Notes: generated by a model from the letters alone, not told the origin. A stretch of DNA of 64,000 bases from Candidatus Peribacteria bacterium (GCA_023245865.1 JAHFJN010000001.1:263649-327648); one strand, 5' to 3'. Counted from the stretch's first letter, positions 27,813 through 37,327 are shown. A program made the numbers and translations.

Positions 27813-29510
27813 ATGAGTATCCGTCCATGTCGTTTATGCCAAGCAATGTTTGAGGTCGATGAAGAAGATCTTCATCTCTACGAAGAGATTTCTCCAACCT
27901 TCAACGGAAAAAAGGAATTGATTCCTCCTCCAACACTTTGCCCGTCGTGTAGGTCGCAGCGACGGCTCGCGTGGCGCAATGAAAGAACGCTCTACAAGCG
28001 AACGTGCGATGCATCCAGAAAAAGTACGTTGTCCGTTTTTTCACCGGACAAACCCTTCAAAGTGTATAGCGTTGAGCAGTGGTATGGTGATGCATGGGAT
28101 CCAAAATCGTACGGAAGAGATTTCGATTTCAATCGACCGTTTTTCCCGCAGTTTCGTGAGCTCATGGAAGCAGTGCCGCAGCTTGCACTTTCCGTCACAA
28201 ATAATCAAAACTCCGATTATGTGAATCAGGCAGGGTGGCTGAAAAACTGCTATCTGATTTTTGAAGCTGACTTTGCTGAGAATTGCATGTACTCGCATCA
28301 CATAGTCGATTCACGAAGCACGTTGGACGTACTCCAAGCATCGAGCCTCGAGCTCTGCTACGAGTGCGTGTTCTGTCGCAATAGCTATAACCTTCGCTAC
28401 TCACAGCAATGCGAGAACTGCTCTGATTCGTGGTTCCTCAAAAATTGCGTCGGGTGTCGCAATTGCTTTGGATGCATGAATCTGCGCAATAAAGAATTCC
28501 ACATCTATAACCAAAAATATTCTGAAGACGAGTACCGAGAGAAATTGGCCAGCATGCATCTCGATTCCTATTCTGCACTGAAGGTTTTGCGTGAGCAGTT
28601 CGTAGCATTTGCACAGCAATTTCCGAATCAATATTATTACGGAACGCAGAACGAAAACTCGACCGGAAATTACCTTTGGAACACGCAGAATTGCAGGAAT
28701 TGTTACGAAATTCAGGAATGCCAGGACTGCAAGCACGTTGTAAATTCTCGTTTCATGAAAAGGGTTCATGACACGACCGTGTTCGGCTCACAAAAAGGCG
28801 TGGAATATTGCTATGAAAATCATGAGATCGGAGACGCTGTCCGCAACGTCGCATTCAGCGATCAGATTTGGACAGGCGTGAGCAATGTGTATTATTCGAA
28901 GCTCTGCCTGCAGAGTTCTCACGATCTTTTCGGCAGCATGGGGCTGCGACACAGCAGTTACTGCATTCTCAATAAGCAATACACGAAAGAAGAATACGAG
29001 AATCTTGTGCCACGCATCATCGAACACATGAGAAAAACAGGAGAATGGGGGGAATTTTTTCCGATCGAGATCAGCCCCTTTGCATACAACGAAACTCTCG
29101 CATCGGTGCATTTCCCTATGGAGCAGAAGGAAGTGGATGCTCGAGGGTGGAAGTGGAAGGACATTCAAGTGGAGGAGCCGAAAGTTGATCAAATTGTCGA
29201 AGCTTCTGACTTGCCAGAAACAATCGCAGAAGTCTCAGATGATATTGTGAACAGCGCCGTTCGGTGTGAGAAGTCAGGTCGATTGTTCAAGATTATCAAG
29301 CAGGAGCTCGATTTCTACCGCCAACAAAATCTTCCTTTACCCCACGTACATCCCGATGAGCGACATCTTGAACGTGTCGCACTTCGAAACCCCCGAACGC
29401 TCTATGCTCGCACCTGCATGAAGTGCCAGAAGCCGATTGAAACGACCTATGCGCCAGACAGGTCAGAAATTGTGCATTGTGAGGAATGCTACCTGAACGA
29501 GGTCTATTGA
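27813..29510 (+). CDS. Cys-rich protein with zinc-ribbon-like N- and C-terminal caps (paralog 2), unknown function
   Basis: Listed ORF starts at 27795. ATG 27813 (MSIRPCRLC..) matches the paralog 1 N-terminus and sits 7 nt after CATAAT (27800-27805). It shares long blocks with 25189-26886: GRDFDFNRPFF, LKNCYLIF, VPRIIEHMxKTGEW, FAYNET, YAPDxxEIVxCExCYL. Confidence 0.8.
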   Translation: MSIRPCRLCQAMFEVDEEDLHLYEEISPTFNGKKELIPPPTLCPSCRSQRRLAWRNERTLYKRTCDASRKSTLSVFSPDKPFKVYSVEQWYGDAWDPKSYGRDFDFNRPFFPQFRELMEAVPQLALSVTNNQNSDYVNQAGWLKNCYLIFEADFAENCMYSHHIVDSRSTLDVLQASSLELCYECVFCRNSYNLRYSQQCENCSDSWFLKNCVGCRNCFGCMNLRNKEFHIYNQKYSEDEYREKLASMHLDSYSALKVLREQFVAFAQQFPNQYYYGTQNENSTGNYLWNTQNCRNCYEIQECQDCKHVVNSRFMKRVHDTTVFGSQKGVEYCYENHEIGDAVRNVAFSDQIWTGVSNVYYSKLCLQSSHDLFGSMGLRHSSYCILNKQYTKEEYENLVPRIIEHMRKTGEWGEFFPIEISPFAYNETLASVHFPMEQKEVDARGWKWKDIQVEEPKVDQIVEASDLPETIAEVSDDIVNSAVRCEKSGRLFKIIKQELDFYRQQNLPLPHVHPDERHLERVALRNPRTLYARTCMKCQKPIETTYAPDRSEIVHCEECYLNEVY

Positions 29511-29562
29511 TACCGTCTCGACTGCCCAAAAAGCACCAAATAGTGTATAATAAAGGCTAAAT

Positions 29563-31806
29563 ATGGCTTTGCGCTACCTCCACATCGTCGTGCCACAGGG
29601 GTCGCAGGAAAACAAGAAGCTGGAGTCCAAGTTCCAGGAATTGCTTGTGAATATGCGAAATACCTTCACAGGGAAGTCAATTTCGCTCGAATTCTTCGGA
29701 TACAATCAATACACGTATTTCTTCATCGTCCTCGATGAGAAGTTGCTCGAAACCGTCGAGGGATTGATCTACGCGACGTTCCCGGACGCCGAGATCAAAG
29801 AGACGCAAGACTATACACAGATCTTTGACTCAAAAAAGCTGGCGCTCGCGGGAGCGGCCATCAGCATGCATCACTCGGACATTTACCCTATCAAAACGTA
29901 CGATCTCTTCGAGGAGGACAGTTGCTCCCGGCTCTTCTCCGTGGTCTCCAAAATCGGAAGTCAAGACCAAGTGTGGGTGCAGATCATCACGGAGCCGCAG
30001 GACGATACTGGTGCCTATCACTTGCTTCGAAAAATCAAGACGCGGCTCGCGATCTTTTTTCACTTCTTCAGCATCCGCGACCGCATGCGCGAGGGTGGCC
30101 GCAAGTCCATCAACCATGTGCGGCATGATCTTGCCAAGAAAAAGGCGGAACAGAAGCCGTACCGGGTGAGTATCCGTTGCGCGTACATAGCTGAAACGGC
30201 CGAAGCTGCGAAAAGAAAACTGGAGGCGGTCATTTCTGCGTTTGCTCAATTCAATGATCGCGACATCAACAGTCTGCATGGGCACCTTGAACACAATACC
30301 GCATCATTTATTCAAAAATACCGCGCACGTGTACAAGGCACACCATGCATCATGAATACTCAGGAGGTCGCGACCCTCTATCATTTTCCGAATGCCGATT
30401 ACGTCTCACACGTCGTGCATGTGCTTGCACGCAAGGCCGATCCACCGCAAGATCTCCCCAAGATCGGCGAGAAGGACGTCAGCGGCTTTGGCATCACGAA
30501 CTATCACAATAACTTCGTGCCGTTTGGCATCAAGCGCAGTGACCGCCGGCGTCATCTCTACACGGTCGGAAAATCAGGATCGGGCAAGAGCAAATTACTC
30601 GAGCTCCTCATCAACGAAGACATTCAATCGGGGCAGGGGATTGCGGTTCTCGATCCGCACGGAGATCTCGTTGATGCGGTGTTGCGCTACATCCCCAAAC
30701 ACCGTATCGACGACGTGGTGCTCTTTAACCCTGCCGACACCGACTTCCCGATAGCGTTCAACCCCATGGAAATCGTGAGCGACGAATTCAAAATGCAAGT
30801 GACGATCGGTTTCATTCAGATCTTCAAAAAACTCTTTGGAGGCAACTGGACATACCGCCTTGAGCACGTCCTTCGCTATACGACCCTCGCACTCCTCGAT
30901 AGCCCAAACACAACGGTTCTGAGCATCCTTAAAATGCTGACAGATAAAAACTATCGGCAAAAGATCGTAGCGCGGATCGAAGACAGTGTCGTCAAAAGTT
31001 TCTGGGTTTCGGAATTTGCTGCATGGAGTGAAAAGTTCGATGCCGAGGCGATCACGCCGCTGCTCAATAAAGTCGGCCAGTTCGTTGCAACGGATATGAT
31101 CAGAAACATCATAGCGCAGCCTCAGACAAAGTTCGACATTCGCGACATTATGGACAATAAGAAAATTCTTCTCATGAAAGTAAGTAAGGGCCTGCTCGGA
31201 GAGGAAAATTCTTCGCTGATCGGTTCTATGATCATCACAAAGCTCTATCAAGCTGCCATGAGCAGAGCCGATACACCCGAGGAACAACGAAAAGACTTTT
31301 ACTTCTACGTCGATGAGTTTCAAAACTTTGCAACCGAAACCTTCGCAGAAATCCTCAGTGAAGCTCGCAAGTACCGACTGAATCTGACGCTTGCGCATCA
31401 ATACATGGGACAACTCAGTGACATCGTCCGCGAAACAGTCTTTGGAAACATTGGTTCGATGGTGAGCTTCCGTGTGGGCGCAGAGGATGCGCTCGTGCTC
31501 GAAGGAGAGTACAACCCCATTTTCAAGGAGCGAGACATCATCAACCTGGGTGTTCGTGAGTTTTACATCAAGATGCAGGTCAACGGCGAGCAGCGTGAAG
31601 CGTTCTCCGGTCGTACGCTTGATGCTCCGCAGGTAACAACGGACTACACGCAGGAGATCATCGAAGCATCACGGAGAAAATACTGCACGCCACGTAAAGA
31701 TGTCGAAACTGCTCTCAAGCAATGGGACGAAGCAGCATCAAAGCCTGCAGAGAAAGGAGAAATTCCGGAGGAGGATCTGGAAACGTTTGAGGAGCCGCTC
31801 ATTTGA
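29563..31806 (+). CDS. Soluble VirD4/TraD-like (type IV coupling protein-like) P-loop ATPase
   Basis: 747 aa. Walker A GKSGSGKS, Walker B-like FYFYVDEFQNF, then ARKYRLNLTLAHQYMGQL. No N-terminal TM segment is seen. TATAAT at 29546-29551. Confidence 0.8.
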   Translation: MALRYLHIVVPQGSQENKKLESKFQELLVNMRNTFTGKSISLEFFGYNQYTYFFIVLDEKLLETVEGLIYATFPDAEIKETQDYTQIFDSKKLALAGAAISMHHSDIYPIKTYDLFEEDSCSRLFSVVSKIGSQDQVWVQIITEPQDDTGAYHLLRKIKTRLAIFFHFFSIRDRMREGGRKSINHVRHDLAKKKAEQKPYRVSIRCAYIAETAEAAKRKLEAVISAFAQFNDRDINSLHGHLEHNTASFIQKYRARVQGTPCIMNTQEVATLYHFPNADYVSHVVHVLARKADPPQDLPKIGEKDVSGFGITNYHNNFVPFGIKRSDRRRHLYTVGKSGSGKSKLLELLINEDIQSGQGIAVLDPHGDLVDAVLRYIPKHRIDDVVLFNPADTDFPIAFNPMEIVSDEFKMQVTIGFIQIFKKLFGGNWTYRLEHVLRYTTLALLDSPNTTVLSILKMLTDKNYRQKIVARIEDSVVKSFWVSEFAAWSEKFDAEAITPLLNKVGQFVATDMIRNIIAQPQTKFDIRDIMDNKKILLMKVSKGLLGEENSSLIGSMIITKLYQAAMSRADTPEEQRKDFYFYVDEFQNFATETFAEILSEARKYRLNLTLAHQYMGQLSDIVRETVFGNIGSMVSFRVGAEDALVLEGEYNPIFKERDIINLGVREFYIKMQVNGEQREAFSGRTLDAPQVTTDYTQEIIEASRRKYCTPRKDVETALKQWDEAASKPAEKGEIPEEDLETFEEPLI

Positions 31807-31819
31807 TGGTTCGTCGAGC

Positions 31820-33805
31820 TCACCATGACACGGTTCTAATTTGAGGGAACGGAATCAACACTTCACCGTGCTCCACAAATTCACGCAGCTTTTTGAGCAT
31901 GTGCGCTTCGTAGTTCCATGAAAGCAGTAGAAATGCAGTTGCGGGCATCGAAGCAAGTTGATCCCAAGAAATGACAGGTACATGGGTACCGGGGGAGACG
32001 CATCCTTGCTTCAGAGGTGTGTCATCGATGATCGCGTCGATGAGATTTGTCCCGATCTTACATGCATTTAAAATCACGACCCCGCGCGCGGATGCTCCGA
32101 GAGCTATTGCTCGGCCATGTTTTCTTTTAAGCTCCTGAAGACTACTCACGATGCTTTTCTTGAATTCCTCAACGCGCCGTCCAACATCTAGGTACGTCTG
32201 ATCATTGCATACACCCAGTGCCTCTTCCTGTCGTAAGAGAGTTGATACGCTCGCATCAACCCCGGGATTACTGTCCGTTAGTTTGCCCGAAACCCGAATA
32301 GACCCCCCCTGCGTTTCTATCTGCTCAACGTTGACGATGGTAAGCCCAGACTTTGCAAAGAGCGGCACGAGAGCGGTAAGGGAAAAACAGTAGTCGTGCT
32401 CGTGGTAGACGGTGTCGAATTCTCCGTTCAAAATCGTAGAAAAGACGTAGACTGATTCCATGACAAAGGTTCCATCACGTGAGAGTGTTGCAGCTATGCC
32501 TCGCAAGAGCGAGCGGACATCGGGAGTGTGTGCAACGACATTCAATGCGAGAACCACATCGTATTTCCCATGTTGCCGTACGATATCGGGAGCAGTCTGA
32601 TCGTTAAAAAATGCTGCAACTTGCTCGACACCCTTTTCTTTCGCGTACGAGACAAGATTTTCCGCGGGGTCGACCCCGAGGACGTTTTTGGTGACGTCGA
32701 GGAACTGTTCAAGTAATGCTCCGTCATTCGATCCAACATCCATGATCTTCGTTTGATCGTTGATATGCAAACGTGATTTCAATGTGCTAGCGAGCTCTTT
32801 CAAATGGTAAATGTTAGTCTGAGAGGCGGAGGAAAGATGCTGATAGTGTGAGAAGAGCTCCTCCGGTGACACAATAGTCTTCAGCTGAACAAGCGTGCAG
32901 CGCCTGCACCAGCAGACATGGAGTGGGTACGCACGCTCACGCTCGAGCTCATTCGATTGCAAGAAAGCATTGACCGAGGGAACATCGCCAAGGTCGAACA
33001 TATCGCAAATGTCAGGGCTGTCACAGCCTTGGCACCGGGTGATCGTGTGACTTTTGGCATCATCCGGCTTTGGGAAAATAGTGCTGTAATAGATACCCGC
33101 TCTGGCAAGAATGTAGCGAGCGAGTACACCGAACGTCCGTACGGCATAGAGCGATGCTCCATGGAGACTGTGTGAGGTGTGCTCATCGCGGTAATCGGCC
33201 TCAGCCGGGACCTCCGCAGCTTTTGCATTCACATACGCAGCCTGCGCGATGATTTGAAAACTGAAAAGGTGCGTGTTGGAATTATGTTGCCACGCCGCAC
33301 GCTCGAGGAGTGGTCTGCTATAAATCCGGAAACCCGTATGGTACTCAGAGAAGGGGAGTCGCAGGACTAGTTTATCGATGAAGGTTAGCCCCCGGTTCGC
33401 AAGGTAGCGCACGAGTGGCATCCCAAGTTCTCGTGCGCGGCCAGGCACGATGAAGCGAGATCCTATAACGAATTCATAGCCTTGCAGCAGGTATGGCATC
33501 GCATCGCGAAGCGCAGCGGGGTTAAATTGTCCGTCCCCGTGAACCTCGACGATGTAGTCAGCACCCGACTCAAGAGCGAGTGCGATGCCGGCCTTTACAT
33601 TTCCCCCATACCCTCGATTGGGAGTATGCCTGTGAAGCTTCAAACCAAGCTTCTGCGCCTCGAGCTCGATTTCATCCTTCGATCCGTCGTCAGTCACGAT
33701 GATCTCGTCAACCAAGTCTTTTGGCAAACTCGCGTACGCTTTCGCAAGCATGCTCGCACAATTGTAAGTGAGAATGACGGCAATGACTTTTGGTTTTTTC
33801 ATCAC
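31820..33805 (-). CDS. Fusion protein: family-2 glycosyltransferase (N-terminal) plus sugar C-methyltransferase-like SAM methyltransferase (C-terminal)
   Basis: 661 aa. GT2 part: VIAVILTYNCASML..VTDDGSKD..EVHGDGQ. Then Cys cluster CQGCDS..CWCRRC, SAM motif IMDVGSNDGALLE, and a C-terminal domain like NDP-hexose C-methyltransferases. Confidence 0.8.
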   Translation of the reverse strand: MMKKPKVIAVILTYNCASMLAKAYASLPKDLVDEIIVTDDGSKDEIELEAQKLGLKLHRHTPNRGYGGNVKAGIALALESGADYIVEVHGDGQFNPAALRDAMPYLLQGYEFVIGSRFIVPGRARELGMPLVRYLANRGLTFIDKLVLRLPFSEYHTGFRIYSRPLLERAAWQHNSNTHLFSFQIIAQAAYVNAKAAEVPAEADYRDEHTSHSLHGASLYAVRTFGVLARYILARAGIYYSTIFPKPDDAKSHTITRCQGCDSPDICDMFDLGDVPSVNAFLQSNELERERAYPLHVCWCRRCTLVQLKTIVSPEELFSHYQHLSSASQTNIYHLKELASTLKSRLHINDQTKIMDVGSNDGALLEQFLDVTKNVLGVDPAENLVSYAKEKGVEQVAAFFNDQTAPDIVRQHGKYDVVLALNVVAHTPDVRSLLRGIAATLSRDGTFVMESVYVFSTILNGEFDTVYHEHDYCFSLTALVPLFAKSGLTIVNVEQIETQGGSIRVSGKLTDSNPGVDASVSTLLRQEEALGVCNDQTYLDVGRRVEEFKKSIVSSLQELKRKHGRAIALGASARGVVILNACKIGTNLIDAIIDDTPLKQGCVSPGTHVPVISWDQLASMPATAFLLLSWNYEAHMLKKLREFVEHGEVLIPFPQIRTVSW

Positions 33806-34900
33806 CTATTTTTCAGAAACGAGAGCAGGTTTTGGAGACGAAGCGACCGACCATCGGCTCTCTTTGCTCTCTCCATAGGCATTTTTCATCATGGTGAGAT
33901 TATAATAGATTGCGTCGTCCATGTCGCTGAGGACTCCGTCTTGAACGGCTTGCTTAATTTCATGCACGCCATCGGCGATGCTGTGCGTTGGCTTAAAGTT
34001 CAGGGCCTCGGCGAACTTTTGGAAGCGCACCTGATAGGAGCGGACATCGCTGTTCGCGTTAACGTAATCAATGCCGACTGCAGGAAAACATTTTTGAATT
34101 TCTTCGGCAAGTCCACGGATCGTGAAGTTCAGATGGTCTCCTCCAACATTGAAGATCTGCCCTTTGACAACCGCTGGCTCCGCACGAAGAACACGCAGAA
34201 TGCCATCGATCGCATCAAGGATGTGAATGAAAGGTCGGTACTGATCACCTTCGCCGTTCACAATAATGTTTTTGCCCTTGATGCAGTTTTTTGCCATCGC
34301 ATTGACAGCCAAATCGAACCGCATCCGGTTCGAGAGACCAAAGAGGGTACTGAAGCGAAGAACTGTCACGCGGAAGTCATCACTGCTGAGATCAAGTAAT
34401 TCGCGTTCGCTCGCGAGCTTCGTGAGCGCATAGAGCGTGATCGGACCGGTGTGCGAAAATTCATCGAGAAGTCTGCCAGTCGAAGATCCGTACACGCTGC
34501 ACGATGAACTGAAGATGAATTGTTGAACCTCCTGTGCGCGCGCAAGTCGTGCGATCGCGGTCGTCGCGAGGTAGTTGGTACTGATCGTGAGATCGGGGTC
34601 CAGATCGGCGGTTGGGTCATTGGAAATACTCGCGAGGTGAATGACAACGTCGACATTACTGAAGATAGAGCTGAACTGATCAATGTTGCGGATGTCCTGC
34701 TTGTACACATGCAGGTGCGGATGATGCAGGACGCTCTCGAGCGGAGTCTCGCCGAATGCAAAGAGATCGAGCACACTGACTTCGTATCCCTGTTCCAGCA
34801 ATATTGGCACGAGCATCGATCCCAAATAGCCCGCACCACCCGTCACGAGAACGTGGCGGCCTCGAGCGTTTGAACCTGCAATGCTATCATGAAGGCGCAT
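33806..34900 (-). CDS. NAD-dependent sugar epimerase/dehydratase (extended SDR)
   Basis: VLVTGGAGYLGS Rossmann motif and YALTK catalytic motif. Listed ORF extends to 34966; ATG 34900 (MRLHDS..) is the more conservative start. It abuts the upstream fusion gene with a 0-nt gap. Confidence 0.8.
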   Translation of the reverse strand: MRLHDSIAGSNARGRHVLVTGGAGYLGSMLVPILLEQGYEVSVLDLFAFGETPLESVLHHPHLHVYKQDIRNIDQFSSIFSNVDVVIHLASISNDPTADLDPDLTISTNYLATTAIARLARAQEVQQFIFSSSCSVYGSSTGRLLDEFSHTGPITLYALTKLASERELLDLSSDDFRVTVLRFSTLFGLSNRMRFDLAVNAMAKNCIKGKNIIVNGEGDQYRPFIHILDAIDGILRVLRAEPAVVKGQIFNVGGDHLNFTIRGLAEEIQKCFPAVGIDYVNANSDVRSYQVRFQKFAEALNFKPTHSIADGVHEIKQAVQDGVLSDMDDAIYYNLTMMKNAYGESKESRWSVASSPKPALVSEK

Positions 34901-36614
34901 GACAGCAATTAAAGAGCAATTGAATCGCTTTATCAACCCCTTGGTCGGTCTTCCTTTGGCGCTCATTCTTTCTCTCTATCTCAATGCGCCGACGCTCGTC
35001 CATCGATTCACAGACGCAAACTGGAGTAGTGCCATAGAGCAGAGCCTCCTTGAGCAAGATGAAGCGCGGTACATCGCTAAAACCCACGAAATTGTCGATG
35101 GGCACTGGAACATCGGCAACGCCAGCCTGAAGGAACACAATAATGCAATTTCACCGACCGGATACATCGAGTACGTGACAGCTGCGTTCATGAAAATGAC
35201 CGGACTGGACATAGTAAACGCGATAGCGATCACAGATTTGCTGTACACATTCCTGAATATTTTCCTGACATACCTGTGGGTGCAAAAACTTCTCAAAAAT
35301 AAATTCGCGACTGTCGTTCTCATCTTGATGTTGATGCTCGACGTGTGGAGCTTTCAGGGCGGGCTCGTTCGCGATTCAACGCCGAAAATAACACTCTTGC
35401 TTGTGAATATGTATTTGTGCGTCGTGGCACTCAGGGATACACAAACGCACTGGCTCCGTATCGCGCGAGGCACGCTCCTTGGGCTAATGTTCTACTCGTA
35501 TTCCTACCATTGGACAACGTTTCTGTGCTTTGAAATGCTCATGTGGTTCCATGGACTATTCATCGAAAAAAAGAATTGGAAAAGTCTCACGATCGATTGG
35601 CTCGAAGTCTTCGGTGTTTTCCTTGTGATTTCTCTCCCGCATGCAGTCACGCTTGCAGGCAGTAGTCACACACCGGAATTCATCGAGGGCTACCGACATT
35701 TTGGCTTGATAGAAACACATTTACCCTCTGCGCCTTCTCTTCAATTTGTGCTCATCCTCTGCATCGCAGCGCTCCTCGCAGCGCGCATGACTCGCCTCAC
35801 ACGTGACAGAACATCACTCCTTCTTCTGATGATTCTCGGCGGGGGACTGATCGCAGTGAATTCAAATGTAATCTCAGGCCGCGAAGCGGACTTCCTCGGA
35901 CACTACTCACGCGTACTCTCGGAATTTATATTGCTCACTGTAATCTACGGCGTTCTTAAATTCTTGAAACCAATCGCAGCCCGTGGAATTTTTTACGGCA
36001 TTACCATTATCTTCGTCCTCCGCCAATTTTCCGCACTGCCAGATGCGCTTGCGAAGGCCGATGAAGCAAGAAAATATTGGAGTGAAACAAAAGCGTGGGA
36101 GTTAATGCAGTGGATAGACGCCAATACGCAGCGTGAGAGTGTCATACTCGCCCCCTATGTGATGTCGGGGTACATTCCCGCGCTCACGGACAACTACGTT
36201 CTCACCGGTCCAGCCGCACAATTCTACTTTGTCACTGACAAAGAAATGCTCGAGCGCTACTTCATTGAGCTCTCGTTTTTCCCGGAGACCGCCGAACACT
36301 TCGACCCCGGTCAGCAGCATGTCTTTGGCAATTACCCGGGCCAAGCGTGGGCGCGAGCGCGTACTGCCTATCAATTGCGTACCCTCTTTCAAAAGCCATA
36401 CCCAAAGACTGTCCAGGATTTCATCGTGCATCAGGAACTCCTCAGTGAACTCAATGCTTGGTACCGAAGGCCCGACTACGAAAAGGCGAAGAAGTTGATG
36501 CAGAAGTACGAAATCGATTACTTGATCACCGATCACGATTTCCCCGAAACCTTCAAAACGATGTTTCAAGAACTTAAAACGATCGGAACGTATGTGATTT
36601 ACAAGAAAATATAG
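34899..36614 (+). CDS. Large polytopic membrane protein, unknown function (possible GT-C-like)
   Basis: 571 aa with about 11 TM segments followed by a soluble C-terminal domain. TATCAT (34885-34890) lies 8 nt upstream of the ATG. Confidence 0.65.
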   Translation: MTAIKEQLNRFINPLVGLPLALILSLYLNAPTLVHRFTDANWSSAIEQSLLEQDEARYIAKTHEIVDGHWNIGNASLKEHNNAISPTGYIEYVTAAFMKMTGLDIVNAIAITDLLYTFLNIFLTYLWVQKLLKNKFATVVLILMLMLDVWSFQGGLVRDSTPKITLLLVNMYLCVVALRDTQTHWLRIARGTLLGLMFYSYSYHWTTFLCFEMLMWFHGLFIEKKNWKSLTIDWLEVFGVFLVISLPHAVTLAGSSHTPEFIEGYRHFGLIETHLPSAPSLQFVLILCIAALLAARMTRLTRDRTSLLLLMILGGGLIAVNSNVISGREADFLGHYSRVLSEFILLTVIYGVLKFLKPIAARGIFYGITIIFVLRQFSALPDALAKADEARKYWSETKAWELMQWIDANTQRESVILAPYVMSGYIPALTDNYVLTGPAAQFYFVTDKEMLERYFIELSFFPETAEHFDPGQQHVFGNYPGQAWARARTAYQLRTLFQKPYPKTVQDFIVHQELLSELNAWYRRPDYEKAKKLMQKYEIDYLITDHDFPETFKTMFQELKTIGTYVIYKKI

Positions 36615-36631
36615 AGGTATACGATCGAGAT

Positions 36632-37261
36632 ATGGGAATAAACGCTCTAAAAGATCAGCACATTGAAATAAGTCCAAGAAAAACGAAAGGGAACGCTGCG
36701 ACCACTATAGCTAGGACACTTGTTCTGAGCGCAGGACTCTTGCTCGGTTCTTCCAATAACGTAGGTGCTGAAGAAGAATCCAACAAACCGGGCACCAATG
36801 AAGTGCAACCTGAAGAATTGCCGGATCTTGCAGACATCAAAACAGATGACGAAGGAAACTTCCCGATTGGTTCAAAATCAACAGTTACTATCAACGGACA
36901 AAAGCATGTCATCTATGTGAGGGAAACAAGGTTGAAAAAAGATGGTGTACAGAATGTCGCCGAAACCGATATTATGGTTGGTAATAAACGTTTGAGACTA
37001 TCATGTCTGCAAAGCCCAGTGGTAATTACGGGACAGAAGCTGAAGGTTAATAAAGATGGCGTAAAGGAGCTGCATATATCTGGGAAAAATGCTATCAGTA
37101 GCGGGAAGACTGTCGTACCGCTCGATGAATTTTGTAAGAGTCTTGAATGTTTTTTTGATGAAGATGATAAAAATGACGAAGTACCGTTCGATGTAGATAT
37201 CGGTGACATTTTCACCGTCGGCGCAACACTAAAACTAGCGGAAAGGGCGAATGCGATGTGA
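36632..37261 (+). CDS. Hypothetical secreted protein
   Basis: 209-aa ORF with an N-terminal hydrophobic stretch (TLVLSAGLLLGSS). Composition is visibly more A/T-rich than neighbouring genes. Confidence 0.5.
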   Translation: MGINALKDQHIEISPRKTKGNAATTIARTLVLSAGLLLGSSNNVGAEEESNKPGTNEVQPEELPDLADIKTDDEGNFPIGSKSTVTINGQKHVIYVRETRLKKDGVQNVAETDIMVGNKRLRLSCLQSPVVITGQKLKVNKDGVKELHISGKNAISSGKTVVPLDEFCKSLECFFDEDDKNDEVPFDVDIGDIFTVGATLKLAERANAM

Positions 37262-37327
37262 AGCTTTTTATGGTGGTTTACCATGAGCCAATAATTAGTG
37301 TCATCCTGAGCACAGTCGAAGGACGAG

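Noticed and set aside
33482-34399. 305-aa plus-strand ORF
   Set aside because: It lies antisense across the junction of the GT2-methyltransferase and SDR epimerase genes. It is a shadow ORF with no motifs.
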